From Lama guanicoe (lineage: Eukaryota): a stretch of DNA of 64,000 bases. The stretch lies in NCBI GenBank assembly GCA_013239625.1, contig MU054098.1, forward strand, positions 1,861,104 through 1,925,103. Reading direction: 5' to 3'. Positions 52,071 through 64,000 of the stretch are shown one piece after another; the stretch's first letter is position 1, and each line of letters starts with the position of its first letter. Under the pieces are notes generated by a model. The model made no database searches, had not been told where the DNA came from, and saw only the letters and a program-made list of their open reading frames with translations. Both the position numbers and the translations under genes were made by a program.

Positions 52071-55000
52071 GTCGTGAGGAGGGGGTTGCCCCTTATCTGC
52101 TTTATGGATGTTAGTAGCTAGCTTTGCTGATCATACAGGTGTCCTGAGGGTCCTGAGCCTGGGTCACTGTACGTTGGTGCTTCAACAGCAGGATGGACTT
52201 ACCAGTGTATGAAAATGAAGAGAAGGAAAAGTGAGGGGGAAAGTGACAGTCTTTGTAGACTGTGAGCAGTCCCTGGTCAATTGCTACTACTAATAATACA
52301 ATAATAATTTGCAGCAAGGGACTGAATAGAATTAAATGATAGAGGAAGGGTACAATTTGTGAGAAACACCATTTCCAATCTCTAGCGTGTATTTTAGGAA
52401 GAATTTTCTGACACCTTGGAGTGTCTAATTTAGTTTTCCTTCCTCCTCCCTCTTCTCCCCTACCCCTATGAAGAGTGGAAGTTGGGAGGCAGATTAAAAC
52501 TTTTTAAAATATAACCCTCTTCTCCCATTCAGAGAGGAAGATAATTAGTCACCATAATCTTCAATAATAGAGGGCTAAGGGTATTTAAGTCTCCTTGAAC
52601 TAAGCTTTGTGAAAAGTCCTTTCTCAGGCCAGTCTTTGTGAAGCTTTCTCAGTTAGACCTTTCAGTACCCTCATTTACTTGCTAAGAATAGCTTGAAATA
52701 CCATTTTGGATGCAGGATAAATCTTCACCCATCTCCCACCTATCTCCAGTTGGGCAAGCATGGCAAACTTAGAAGAATGGTCATGTTCAAAGACCTATTA
52801 AGATATTCCCAACCCATTGCTTATTTGGAAACAAATTATTTACTTATATTTTTTACCTAATTTCATTGGTTGATTTTAATGGGGGAAAAGAAAGCAGGAA
52901 CGAGAGAAGGAACGTTACAGGGTGACAATTTTAAAGGCTATCATATTTCAGATCAGCTGGGAAGGAAAAGTTGGCCCGACCAAACTACATTTTATAACTG
53001 GCCTGGGACATTTTAATAGCCAGGTGGTTGTAGAGTAGTTGCATCTATTTACAGATGATAACTCAGGTTCCAGCTATTCTGTATGGGTTTATCTGGTGTC
53101 ATTTACAGACACTTTCTGGCACTACATCATACTTCATTTTAAGATACTTCTTTCTTTGGAAAAGTCTGTGGCTCTGTAAAATTGAAAATGCTTTTTCTTA
53201 CTTCATAGTCTAGATATGAAGTAAACCTCTGACCATGGTTATATGTAGAGTAACTTTTACATGAACATTGTAGATCTGTTTACCTATTTGAAAAATTTTA
53301 GAAGGGAATTTTAAAATTCATATTCAATACTGTTTTGGATTTGGAAATTGAAATCTCATTTCTGGTTTACGAAGTAGGATTTATAAGACTAATGCATTAC
53401 CAAGGCATTTTGTGGAGTTGCTTTTTCTGAAGTCTTGTAAAGAACGAATGTCTCTTTCTTGAATGCCTTAAGAACAGTCTATTCAGAAAGCAGAGGGATG
53501 GATGCTATGACCTTGAGGTCCCATTGAGTGCCAGAATTCTAAGTGGGTACATCTGCTTCTGTGCCTCTCCTAAAAGCCCTCTCCCAGGGCCTTCGCCTTC
53601 TTTAAAAGGGTGTCTTTGTAATTAAGCAGCCCTTCTCCCCCATCCCCCTTTCTTCCTTTGATCCAGCTTTTTAAGGCCTTTTTTCCATTTGGAGACAAGA
53701 GGAGTTTCTCACACTCTCCTACTCCCCTCTTAAGGTTTTCTTTTCTTTCGCCCCAAAAAATGTGCCCCAAAGTTCTCCGGATGGTTAGAAATTGTTTTGT
53801 TTTGTTGGGGTGGGGGGGGTATTACCAATGAGGAGGTGTAGAGGATATATTCCCTCTTGAGAAATGTTTGTGTCCAGGTAGCCTCCTCCATGGAGACTGA
53901 GCATTTGGAATGCATGAGAACAGTCTATTCTTAGGGACTGTCTGGAAGAAATTGTCCTTTGCACCCAATAAGCCCAGCTTAAACCCACTGAAAGGAGTGG
54001 AGAGAGGTGTGTGTGGTCGTGGCTGAGCCTTTTCGGATGGTAAATGGGTAAATGTTCCCAAATCTCCTATTACATCACCGCTTTCCCCCATGGATTCAGT
54101 GGGTTTGGAGATCTGCTTGACAAGTTAATTAGCTTGGGACTAAACCAATTTGTTTAGAATTGTGCTCCATTGATTTCCTGTCCCCAGGAATTTTTGTTGG
54201 TGGTTTACTATGTTGTGTTGTCTTTAGTCTTGCTTGCTTCTTCGTTCCTTGCTGCCTTTTGTGGACTTTGGTCCAAAATCTAGGGTCCCACCCCCGAGTC
54301 AAAGGTTAGAATTTGGTCCCAGGAACTAAGGGGGTATTAAACAAGCTGCCCCTACTGCATTACTCTCCTCCATGGTGGGCTCCTGACCCCTTTTAACACA
54401 GAGAAAGGAGGGAAGTCTCCCCTTCCACATACAACACACAAAATCTGAACTAGAGAAAAAAGGAAAAAGAAGGAAAATAGGAGGTCATTTCCTTTAAAAA
54501 AGAATCCACTACAGGTTTCTTTGAAAGAACTAGCTTTCCTGGTTAGTGCCTTTGAACTATGACTTGATATATAAAAGCTGACTATAACTAGGACTACTCG
54601 GAAACATATTTATTGCATAAAGGAAGTCATTAGAATTTTGCTGTAATGATTATTGCTTGAATTAAGTGAGGCCATTATTTGGCCTTTGAAATCTTTTTGT
54701 TACATGGCATGGAGTTAATTGTCTAAATCATTCTGGCTTGTGATAATGCTGGCCACGTTTAGCCCCAACCTACATCCTCTTGTAGAAGAGAGCTAGTATG
54801 ACTTTCTGCAAATAAATCAGACTTCATGGATTTTGGTAAGTCAAAGGATAGGACTCTATCCCATAGAGGTAAATGGTTTAAATTCCAGTTATTGTATTTG
54901 AATAACCCAAGGATCCAGATTTTTTTTTCTGGTATTCTGTTCATGTATCTAGCAAGGCTATTGAAAATGATAGCAATTGATGTCATTTTTAATCAAAGAT

Positions 55001-56096
55001 ACCACAATACACTTTCCTAGTGAGCCTGTTGGTGAGAGGAACCTGGGCTCTGGGCACAACTCTAACTCAGTTTATCACCCTTAGCAAGTTTCCTCCTCTG
55101 TAAATTGTTGAGGGGTTGGACAGGGTGATTTTGAGAAACAGCTCTCCAAAATTTATAGTTCTTTTCCTTGGCCTCGGTTTCTGGTGTGAATGTGAATGAT
55201 TCCTACTAGAATGAGGTGCAACAGCTGTTAGGAATACAATCATGTAGTCACCTGAATGTAAAAAAAAAACAACAAACCTGTAAGTACATATCAATGTAAG
55301 TGCATTGTGTTTTGTCTTTTAACAACATATCAAATTAAAAAGCTAAGACCCTGCCCAAAACTTCATCCAGAATCCCATCATCCTAACAGATCACCTGCTT
55401 TCATTTTTCCTAGTTCCTTTCAAGTCCTTGTTTCTGTACTTATATGAATTTTACGGAGTGATGGTCACAGAAATGTAACATGTTGCTTTTAAATTAAAAA
55501 AAAAACATAGACCTCACCTAAGACTCAGCTTTGTAAACCTAGGCGGAAGAATGAAGTCAGAACCTAACTGAGTATGCATGAGGAATCACATACATTTGTT
55601 CCTCCACTGCCGGGGGAAATGAACAGATTTAATAAGTAATCCCTAAGCCATTTCTGTAATTTAGGGGTGTTCATGTATCCAGCAAGGCTGTTAATTCTAC
55701 TCCTTTGACCTCCTGTTACCCTTCCCCATTCTTTTTAAGTAAAAAGAAAACTAGGGTTCACTGTTTCCTTTGTATAAATCATCAGCAATGATTCTTAAAT
55801 CACTGTATTACGATATCCCATCAAGAAAGAACAAATTTGGGTAGACTATGAAATCTCCCGAACAGGAAAGAAAAAGCAGGAAAGCACAGATTTTTTTTTA
55901 TAGCTTTGAAAATAATGTGTTTAAATTAGAATTTTAAAATTCTAAGGGAACTAAGGACTTTAGACAATTAAGTAAAAGACATGTAGGTGTAGCAGAATGA
56001 CCTCTTCATCTGAGGCTTTATCATATAGTGGAAGTTCAGTTACACGGTCCTTTAATTTTCCTTTGCTAGCGCAGGTATAATATACATATGATCTCT

Positions 56097-56334
56097 CTCT
56101 TTTTTTTTTAACATTTTTTATTGAGTAATAGTCATTTTACAATGTTGTGTCAAATTCCAGTGTAGAGCACAATTTTTCAGTTATACATGAACATACATAT
56201 ATTCATTGTCACTTTTTTTTTATATTTCCCTGTGCTATACAGTATAATCCTGTTTATCTATTCTACATTTTGAAATCCCAGTCTGTCCCTTCCCACACAC
56301 CCCCGGCCCCCTTGGCAACCACAAGTTTGTATTC
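56097..56334 (-). mobile_element. Young camelid-type L1 3' end with long TSD
   Basis: Poly-T then aacattttttattgagtaatagtcattttacaatgttgtgtcaaattccagtgtagag. 21-bp direct repeat tataatatacatatgatctct at 56076-56096 and 56335-56355. Confidence 0.9.
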
Positions 56335-56483
56335 TATAATATACATATGATCTCTGACTTTGGAAGGAGTCATTCCTGAAAACCTATGGCTCTTCATAAG
56401 TTGGATTAAATTTTGTTATCGAGGATAAGAAAGTGAAGTATGGGTTTTTAGTACCTAGAGGGTACCAAGTTAAGTACAGGAAC

Positions 56484-56614
56484 TTGTTTGTTTGTTTTTG
56501 AGGGGAGGTACTTAGGCATTATTATTATTATTTAACAGAGGTACTGAGGATCGAACCCATGACCTCAGGCATGCTAAGCGTGCCCTCTACCACGGAGCTA
56601 TACTCTCCCCCAAC
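56484..56614 (-). mobile_element. Camelid tRNA-derived SINE (Vic-1 type)
   Basis: Reverse complement reads ggggagagtatagctccgtggtagagggcacgcttagcatgcctgaggtcatgggttcgatcctcagtacctc; TSD caggaac on both sides. Confidence 0.9.
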
Positions 56615-57319
56615 CAGGAACATTTTTTTATGATATGTGTTCATGGGGAAAATGCAGATAGATTTGCTATCATCTCCTAAGGTAATTTTTCAAAAAATGT
56701 TTACTTTTTAAAAAAACTCTATAAGCTGCCCTTGACGTTTGTTCTGTCGCTTCACTATTGCCCCGACTTCACGAAATATCATTAGACTGCGAGACTTGAA
56801 GCCAAGCTCTGGGTTTCTCTGCCCAACCCTTTCTGACTTGCCATGTGACCAAGGGTAAATGAATTAGCTGCTCTGAGCTTCAGTTATCCTTCTGGGAAGC
56901 AAGGATATTAATATTTCACAGAGGTGTTTAGGCATGCTTCATATTGGGCGCACATGCTTTGAGGTCATTGGATGAAAGGTGTCTGCATGATGGCCGAGAA
57001 AACTTATTATAGGGTCCTGAGCAGGTGCTCACTCTTAATGAGCTTTGCTCTCAACATACAGTGCCCTTTGGTGCCTCATTGCCTTACTATAATTGATTGT
57101 CCCAGCATTTATGTTATTGACCCTCTTGGCTTTGAATAAAAAAAAATTAAACATTTTCATTCTATGTAGTAAGCTGAAATTCTAATAAAAGGACTCTAGC
57201 ATCTGCTGCAGTGATGAAAAATAGCTTCAAAAAGAGGCATTAGTTGGAATGTACCATAGAGATCAGTGAGTTTTTCAAAGTTCTTCCAAAAGATTAAAAA
57301 GAGTAAAGAATATTTCTGC

Positions 57320-57320
<1 letters not shown>

Positions 57321-57350
<30 letters not shown>
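57321..57350. repeat. (TG)n microsatellite
   Basis: About 14-15 TG units directly visible. Confidence 0.95.
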
Positions 57351-57354
<4 letters not shown>

Positions 57355-59519
57355 AAGGAGAAAGTTTTGAGTAATATTTGCTTGTGACACATACTGATGA
57401 TAGCCAGTAACTGAAACCCAGCCATTGTAGTGTTTTATACACAGCTGGTTTTTATTAATGATGGAATATTTATGCTTGCCGTACAATTCGTGGCTCATTT
57501 CCATGTGTATGTCAGAACCTAAATACCCCCCAAAGCAACATTAAGATAACATTAAATATAAATGTGGCCAAGCTAGAAAGGGTGGACTGGGGAGAGGGGG
57601 AGGTCTCCTTTATTCTGATTGGTGTTGCTTCAGATCACAATAACTGCCCCCCCCCACTTTAGGCATTGATGCTGATCTTTTTTTTTTCCCTTTATATATC
57701 CCATAACAAACTTCACATTTTGATCCTTTTGATATGGACAAATGATCTTCCCCCCTCTTCATCATGCAGATGAAACTGATGTATGTGTTTTTTAAGAGCA
57801 TATTTTCCCTGCACATGCTTCTCATTATCCGAGAGGCCTGGACTCAATCAGCAAAGGAGCAGAGAAACCACATAATTGAAAGGAGAATGACGGTGGTGCA
57901 TACTTGGAATATTTGTGGGAAGGAGATTGCTGACATCAGAAAATGTAGTGGCCTGAGTGTTAACAGCATTGAAGAGAAATGAGCTTTCTGTGTTTCTGTG
58001 CATTGAGAATTATTTTTAAGGGGATAAAAATATGGGCCAGGTTTGACATCCTTTTATGAAGTTGCCCTGGAAACTTCGATGAAGGTTGTTATAGAATGGT
58101 TCAATTAAAACCTCCCCCATTAGGAAGCTAATTAGTACATCACTTACTCATTTTGGTTGTTTTTAAGGGGCATGGATTTGCATTGAATTAATGACATTCT
58201 TTTCCATGTGATAGCAAACTAAGATAAAAATCCCAGATGGGGAAAATTATTTAGATTGCCTATTTTAGAGAAATGTAATTTCCTCTTCATTACATTTAGG
58301 TTTTCAGTTCAGATTTTTGTTTCACTGTTTATATACAGTGATCACATTTTAGTTTAGTAGTCAGTTTTACTTTCTGGATCACGGGCTGTGAACCAAAGCT
58401 TATTAATTTGAGTTTCCCATATGAATTGGAAAAATATGACAAATGACAATAAACCATTTTACTAAGGTAACATTTAGGTTTTTTTCTTCTATAGTTACTC
58501 TTTGCGGGGGTGTGTCTTTAAGGGAGGCAAATAGCTTTTTTTTTTTTAAAGCAAACAACTTTTGGAAATAAGAAAATTTTGGTGACCCCCCCCTTTACAC
58601 CCTAGAACATTCTGTCTGCCTCAGGCTCTCAAGCTTCCATTAGGACAATGTGATGACTTTTCTGACCTGGGTACCTTTTGTGACTAGGTTAAGTGGTTCT
58701 CCCTTGGCAGCCTGAAGGAGAGTGGTTATGATGGGAATCAGAGTGCAGGACTTCTAGCATGTTCTTTCTACTGTACTCCATCTTATTTAGGGAAATGAAT
58801 ATTTGCCCCTGAGGGCCATTTGCAATAGAATTGGTGCTCTGTAGCTAAATATGTATTATGGGTCTGCTGTGGTCCTCCTTTTCCCCATTACTAGTAGGGG
58901 ATGGTCATTCTGTACCTACGTTCGCTGATGCTACTCCCGCAGCATATGCCTGCGCTAGCTCTGGAGAGTGAGTGGGGAAGTTGGCTGGGTTATCTGATTT
59001 GTAGTTTCACTGATTTCACCCTAGCCCTTCCTAAGAAGATAGGGTCTAGATTTAGTTTTCCACTGGCAACTCAGTCAAGACAGGTTCCTGGGGCTTGCAA
59101 GTCAGAGGGAGGAGGAGTGGCTGCCTTTGGCGAGTGACTCAAGCCCTTTGGTATGAAGATATGAAACGCTGGCTCTGGTCCATGCACCTGCTGGATGCCA
59201 CACCTGCAGTCAGCACCTGAGCCCCACTCAGACACAAAAACCAGACTGAAGGCAGATGGGGCTCCCTTTTAAAGGGGTACAACAAAACAGGGAGCTCACA
59301 GTTATGTTAGTGGGGCACGACTGTGAATGACATTGAGCCATTCCAGTGTGGGTCTGGGGAATACGTCTTAGCTATTTTCTTATAGGCGCAGTGCACTGGC
59401 TTTCTCAAGAGACTGTTGGAGTCCCGAGGGAATTTGCTTTCCTAATGAATCTCTCCAATGAACAGACCTCTTCCTAACTGGAGAGTCAGTTCTGTAGAGG
59501 TTTGTGTCTAGTAACCCAG

Positions 59520-59775
59520 CACAGGACAGGAAGTCACAAGACTTGGGTTCTGATCCTGGCCCGACCAGTTAGCCACAGTGAAACCTTGGTCAAACTAATT
59601 ATCATTAGCTATCTGTCCTGGACTTAAGCTTCTCCAGTTGTAAAATGGAATTAATCACATCGGCCTTTATTTCCTCACAGAGCTGCTGAGAAGGACAAAT
59701 AAGATAACAGAAGTGAAAGAGCTTTTGTCTCCTTAGAAGAAAGGCTGAGAAACTAAAGGTAATAATATTACTGTT
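59520..59775 (+). mobile_element. MIR SINE hosting exon 2
   Basis: gacttgggttctgatcctggc...accttggtcaa...tgtaaaatggaattaat...cctcacagagctgctgagaaggacaaataagataac follows the sense MIR consensus order. Confidence 0.75.
59681..59758 (+). other. AMOT: Non-coding second 5'UTR exon (78 nt)
   Basis: Acceptor cctttatttcctcacag|, donor aaag|gtaata, no ATG. The ~8.1 kb intron and ~77-78 nt exon fit my recollection of human AMOT intron 1 and exon 2. Confidence 0.72.
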
Positions 59776-61479
59776 GTTGCTATTCTATGGCTTTCATTCC
59801 TTTTCTTCTTTTTTGTTGCCTCTAGCAAAGTCTTTGGGAAGTTATTTACTCAGTATGCAATTATAAGCATGTTTTATGTACCAGTTAATATTTTAGATGT
59901 TGCCCTCTAAGACCTTGCAGTCTAGCAAGTTCCATTTCTGGCTCAAGCGGTGATTTCTGCTTGAGTTCTTAGAAGCATAAAAGATAATAATTAACTTTTC
60001 TTCTCTATGCATTGCAACTGGGGACTTCTGTCCCTGGTACTACAAGGTCTAGATTGAAAGTATATTGGGGGAAAGCTGTGCAGTAAATAAAGGAATTTCT
60101 CTCTCTCCCACACTTGCAAACTATCTGACCCTTGAATGATAACTTTTTTTCAGGGGTCTCTCCTTAATTTCATCCTTGGTTCTGTTCTGCTCCTACTCTG
60201 TGTGATCCAGCCCACTCTTTGATCTTAGCAGTTATCCATATGCTAATGACTCCCAAAGACCTATCTCAACCTAGCTTTGTCTCCTCCCTTCCCAACTTCC
60301 CCAGCATTGGTTATCAGATTCCTTGTCTCCTACTCAGCTGGTAGGTTTTTTCCTCTGGGAAGCTTTGCTCAGGTGGCCCAGGGATTTTGGCAGGGTCTTC
60401 TCTGGTGCCAGAGCTACCTACTCATACTTCTGGCTTCCCATTGGATTATGCCCCCTCTGCTTCACTGGGAGCTCCTTGAGGACTAGACTATTTTTATTTC
60501 TTTTTCATCTGCCCTAGGGCCAATGGAGTGCCTAGCTATAGTAAGTGATCAATAAATGTTTGTGGAAAATATGATATGACAAAATGTTGTAATAAAGATG
60601 TGTCCAAAGTCCAGTAGGAAGACTAAGGTGAGAGAATTAATTTTCTATATTGAGCAGAGCTGGAGGCAGGGGGAAGGTGGAGAAGGATTAGGGAAAATTC
60701 TCCAAGGAGAAGGTAGAAAGTGGAACTGCCCCTTCTGAGAGTTCTGACTAAGCAGCCCAGGAAAGAAATGCTTGTTGTGTCTGCTTTTGCTAAGCCAGGA
60801 GCATCTCTGGCCAGTTGCCTCCCCTGCCTTGGGACTGGATGACTTTTATGGTTGGATCTGCAAATAAACCTCTGTCTATAACACATTGACCATTTAAGAC
60901 AGGTGCCAGTTAGTCATATAATATTAAACAAGGCTGACCTTAAATGTGCCTCCTTAACTGTGGCTGAAAATAGTGGTACACACACAAGCTCATTGGTTAT
61001 GTATGCTCAGCTCTATTCAGCAAAATACCCTTTAAAATGTATTGAAGATTGGTATCTGAAAATTAACAAATTGAATGCTCAGAATGTAGCAGGTTGGGTC
61101 ACTAGAACTGAATGTCTTCGAGCTGACTATCAGATCTTTCCAAGGGCAAAAATGAAACATGATATAAGCCATTACAGGCCATGAACCTGTTCTCACCCAC
61201 CTGATGCTTTTACTAATAAGCTTCTTGGCCGGGTGGCAATTTGGGGCAAGTGCATGCAAGCTGGACTCACAGGGGAGCCCACATTCCACTCTGCCATTTC
61301 GCAAGCCACTGGGATACTACACTGCTTCTCTTGGCTTCTTTCCCTCCCAGGAGTCCTGCTCTGGCCTGGTGGAAAAATGGGAGCAGGAGAACTTTTCATT
61401 AAATGAAGGAGAGATTTCATGGGGCTTTGGTGTTTTGTTAGTTTTATTTTTTTTTTAGTAGGTTGTCTGAAAACATTCA

Positions 61480-61940
61480 TGCTCCTTGACCCATGAATTT
61501 CACTTCTGGGATTCTTTCATTAGGAAACAATCCAAAATATTGGGAAAAAAGGCTAAATCACAAAGATGTTTTTGTAACATTATTTAGACTAGCAGAAAAT
61601 TATAAGCAATTTAAAACAATTTAAATGTCTTGATAATTGGAGAATAGGTTAGTGAATCTTGATACACTCATTTAATGGACTATTACACAGCCATTGCAAT
61701 GTTATGAAGTCTATGCCACAACATGGAGAAAGTGCTTATGAGTAAGTGAAATATAAGATCCAAAATGATATGTACATGAATATTTCATTGCTTTGCAAAA
61801 ACACATAGAAAACAACTAAAGGAAATGCTCTATAAAGCTAACAATGCTTGGGTTGAGGTACTGGGATTATGAGTGCTTTTATTCTGTTTGTTATAAATAT
61901 TTGCATGTTGTGCTTGTATCACTTGTAAACTAAAGTAAAA
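61480..61940 (+). mobile_element. Old L1ME 3' fragment
   Basis: ccttgacccatgaatttcacttctggga...caaagatgtt...aatggactattacacagccatt. Confidence 0.65.
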
Positions 61941-63059
61941 ATAAAGGTGAGTAGTATGCCATTAAAGATAGGAGATTGCTAAAGCTGGCAGCTTCTAGGT
62001 ATATTCTTAAACTTTTCTCAGTTTGTGCTCAATCTGACTTCATGGACTGCTTATACTTTTTCTGAAGCAAGAAGAAACGGGATGTGATGGTGTGATCTCT
62101 TCCTCCCTTGGAATGGGTGTGTGTGGAGGGAGGTGCAGGAGTGGTGGCAACAAGATTCTCCTTGTTATTCAATATTTCACTGCTTATGTACACTTTAGGG
62201 TTAATCACCAATTAATGTGTTCAAGTTAATTGTTTTAGAGTACAGAAGAGTAAAACTGGCACCAAACTGACCATGCTGTTTAGTTATCATCTGAGAAACA
62301 GACAACTGACACTGATCCTAAGATTTGGAAATGCCAAAGACTTATCGTGGTTCTTAAAATAATTTTCCAACCTAATCTAGATAGAAGTAGAGATAGGAGC
62401 AAAGAGGCAGGGCTGACTCAAGCCTGTTCTTAAGCTAGTGCTAGACTTAAATAAGAGCAAATGCCAAGTTGGTATGATATTGACACGACCTAGAACAGGG
62501 ACCTGGAAACATTGATCAGTGGAGGTTCCTGTTACTCTCCAACCGACTTGCATTATCTTGGCCTAAAGAGGAGATTTTGCAAGGCCCTTTTGCTGTGCTT
62601 CTGGCTAAACACATCCTTCTTGCCTTTGAAGTTTTCCTCCCACCATTAACATTTTATTTTCAATGGAATTGGAAAATTGGTGGTAACGTTAAGCCAGTTT
62701 TATAATCTCTTAAAACTAGAGCCAATTCAATTTAATAAATATTTATTAAGCATCTTCCATGTACAAGCTAATGTGCTAAATAATATGTTGTAGCAGAAAT
62801 GCTGTTACCCTAAGAGTAATATAATCTGCATTTTAGTTCTGGCTCTAACCACTTTTAAGCTTTGGCATCATCTATACAAAGAGGGGCTTGGATAACTAGA
62901 TGGTCTCCCAAGAGTCTTTCTAGTTCTGGCCTTTACTTATTTAAGGACCCCTGCACAAAAGACTCAGTTGCAAATAAAGGATTTTTTTTAAAAGAGAAAA
63001 GAAAAAAAACTTTACTTCATAGAATTGTTGCACCCTTCCAGAAAAGACCACTTTGAAAT

Positions 63060-63310
63060 AATAATATTAATAGCTAACTTTTATTGAGCCTTTACTATGT
63101 GCTAGGCTCTGTGCTTAGCACTTCACATTGATTGCTTCCCTCAATCTTCATAACATCCCTATGAGGTCTGAGCACCGTTAGTCCTATTTTGCAGATAATG
63201 AAATTGAGGCTTGGGGAGATCAAGAGACATGTACGAGGTCAGTTAGTAAGCCATAGATCCAGGATTTGTATTTGGACAATGTGACTCTAGATCCAGGCTC
63301 TTAACCATGG
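63060..63310 (-). mobile_element. MIR SINE
   Basis: atagctaacttttattgagcctttactatgtgctagg...cctattttgcagataatgaaattgaggct...tcttaacca. Confidence 0.85.
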
Positions 63311-63520
63311 TATTTATACAGCCTGTCCATTGTTCATTGAAAGTTAGGGATAACCTACAAAGGGACCATTGTTTCTTACCTCCCAAATGAAGCAAATTAG
63401 TACCCTGGGTGGCAAGACTTTGGGAAAGGTGTTGTCTAGGGCACGTCAGGCCATAATATGGACCAACATGAGAAGACAGAGAGAATTCAGTGGGCTGTTT
63501 GCCTCTCTTTGTATGGGAGT

Positions 63521-63557
63521 TGTGTGTGTGTATGTGTGTGTGTGTGTGTGTGTGTGT
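63521..63557. repeat. Interrupted (TG)n microsatellite
   Basis: Directly visible. Confidence 0.95.
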
Positions 63558-64000
63558 TTTATGCACAAATAGATGCATATAGATACAGGGAAAGCTTTGG
63601 ACTGGTTCCTTTCCATTTAGCTGGAAGTAAAATGATATGAAACAAGTTGACCAAGATTTAGCAGAGAAACAGGTTTCCTAGACTTAGGTTCTTCAGCCTG
63701 GTTGGTGGAGTGAGGGGTGGGAGTAGAGTAGGAGGAGGAGGTAGAAGGAAGAGAAAGAAGATCTTACAGGCATATTTCAGAATTTATTTGGAAGGTGGGA
63801 ATTTGGTCTGCCCTGGCCACCTTGTACTCTTGATTTTCTGGGACTTGGCTTGGGAAACACCTGGGTTCTCACTGATGTGTTTTGTTTGGGTTCACCCTCT
63901 CAGATATCCTAGGAGAGGCCAATGACTGCAAATGGAGGCAGAATTTAGCTTGGCCTTCCTGCTCTGTTGTTACAAAATAGTTGAATATATAGATTCAAAT

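Noticed and set aside
50340..59758. PAK3 as the alternative gene identity
   Set aside because: The ~78-nt second exon after an ~8.1 kb intron fits my recollection of AMOT better. Neither is verified without an alignment to human transcripts.

Overview
Mammalian genomic DNA, almost certainly camelid: it carries four copies of a tRNA-derived SINE of the camelid Vic-1 type and young artiodactyl-type L1 3' ends. I see no protein-coding exon. About 50 kb of repeat-rich intergenic DNA (L1, L2, MIR, MaLR LTRs, DNA-transposon fossils) leads to a CpG-island promoter at ~50.35-51.7 kb. Two non-coding 5'UTR exons follow on the + strand (ending 51542; 59681-59758). From recalled human sequence and exon/intron spacing these best match AMOT (angiomotin, X-linked), whose coding exons would lie downstream of the window; this needs an alignment to confirm. 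Most interesting observations: (1) a CpG-rich ERVL-like solo LTR that split a MER5 element ~19 kb upstream, same orientation as the gene, packed with promoter motifs and with elevated CpG in its flanks, a candidate exapted promoter/enhancer; (2) the second 5'UTR exon is an exonised MIR free of ATGs; (3) a strand-specific ~1.27 kb ATG desert over the promoter; (4) an unclassified degenerate TAACTAG-rich tandem array with A-B-A-B-A structure; (5) a 63-bp locally templated insertion inside a young L1. I found no convincing new protein-coding system. Repeat family names are by-eye assignments and boundaries are approximate unless a TSD is given.
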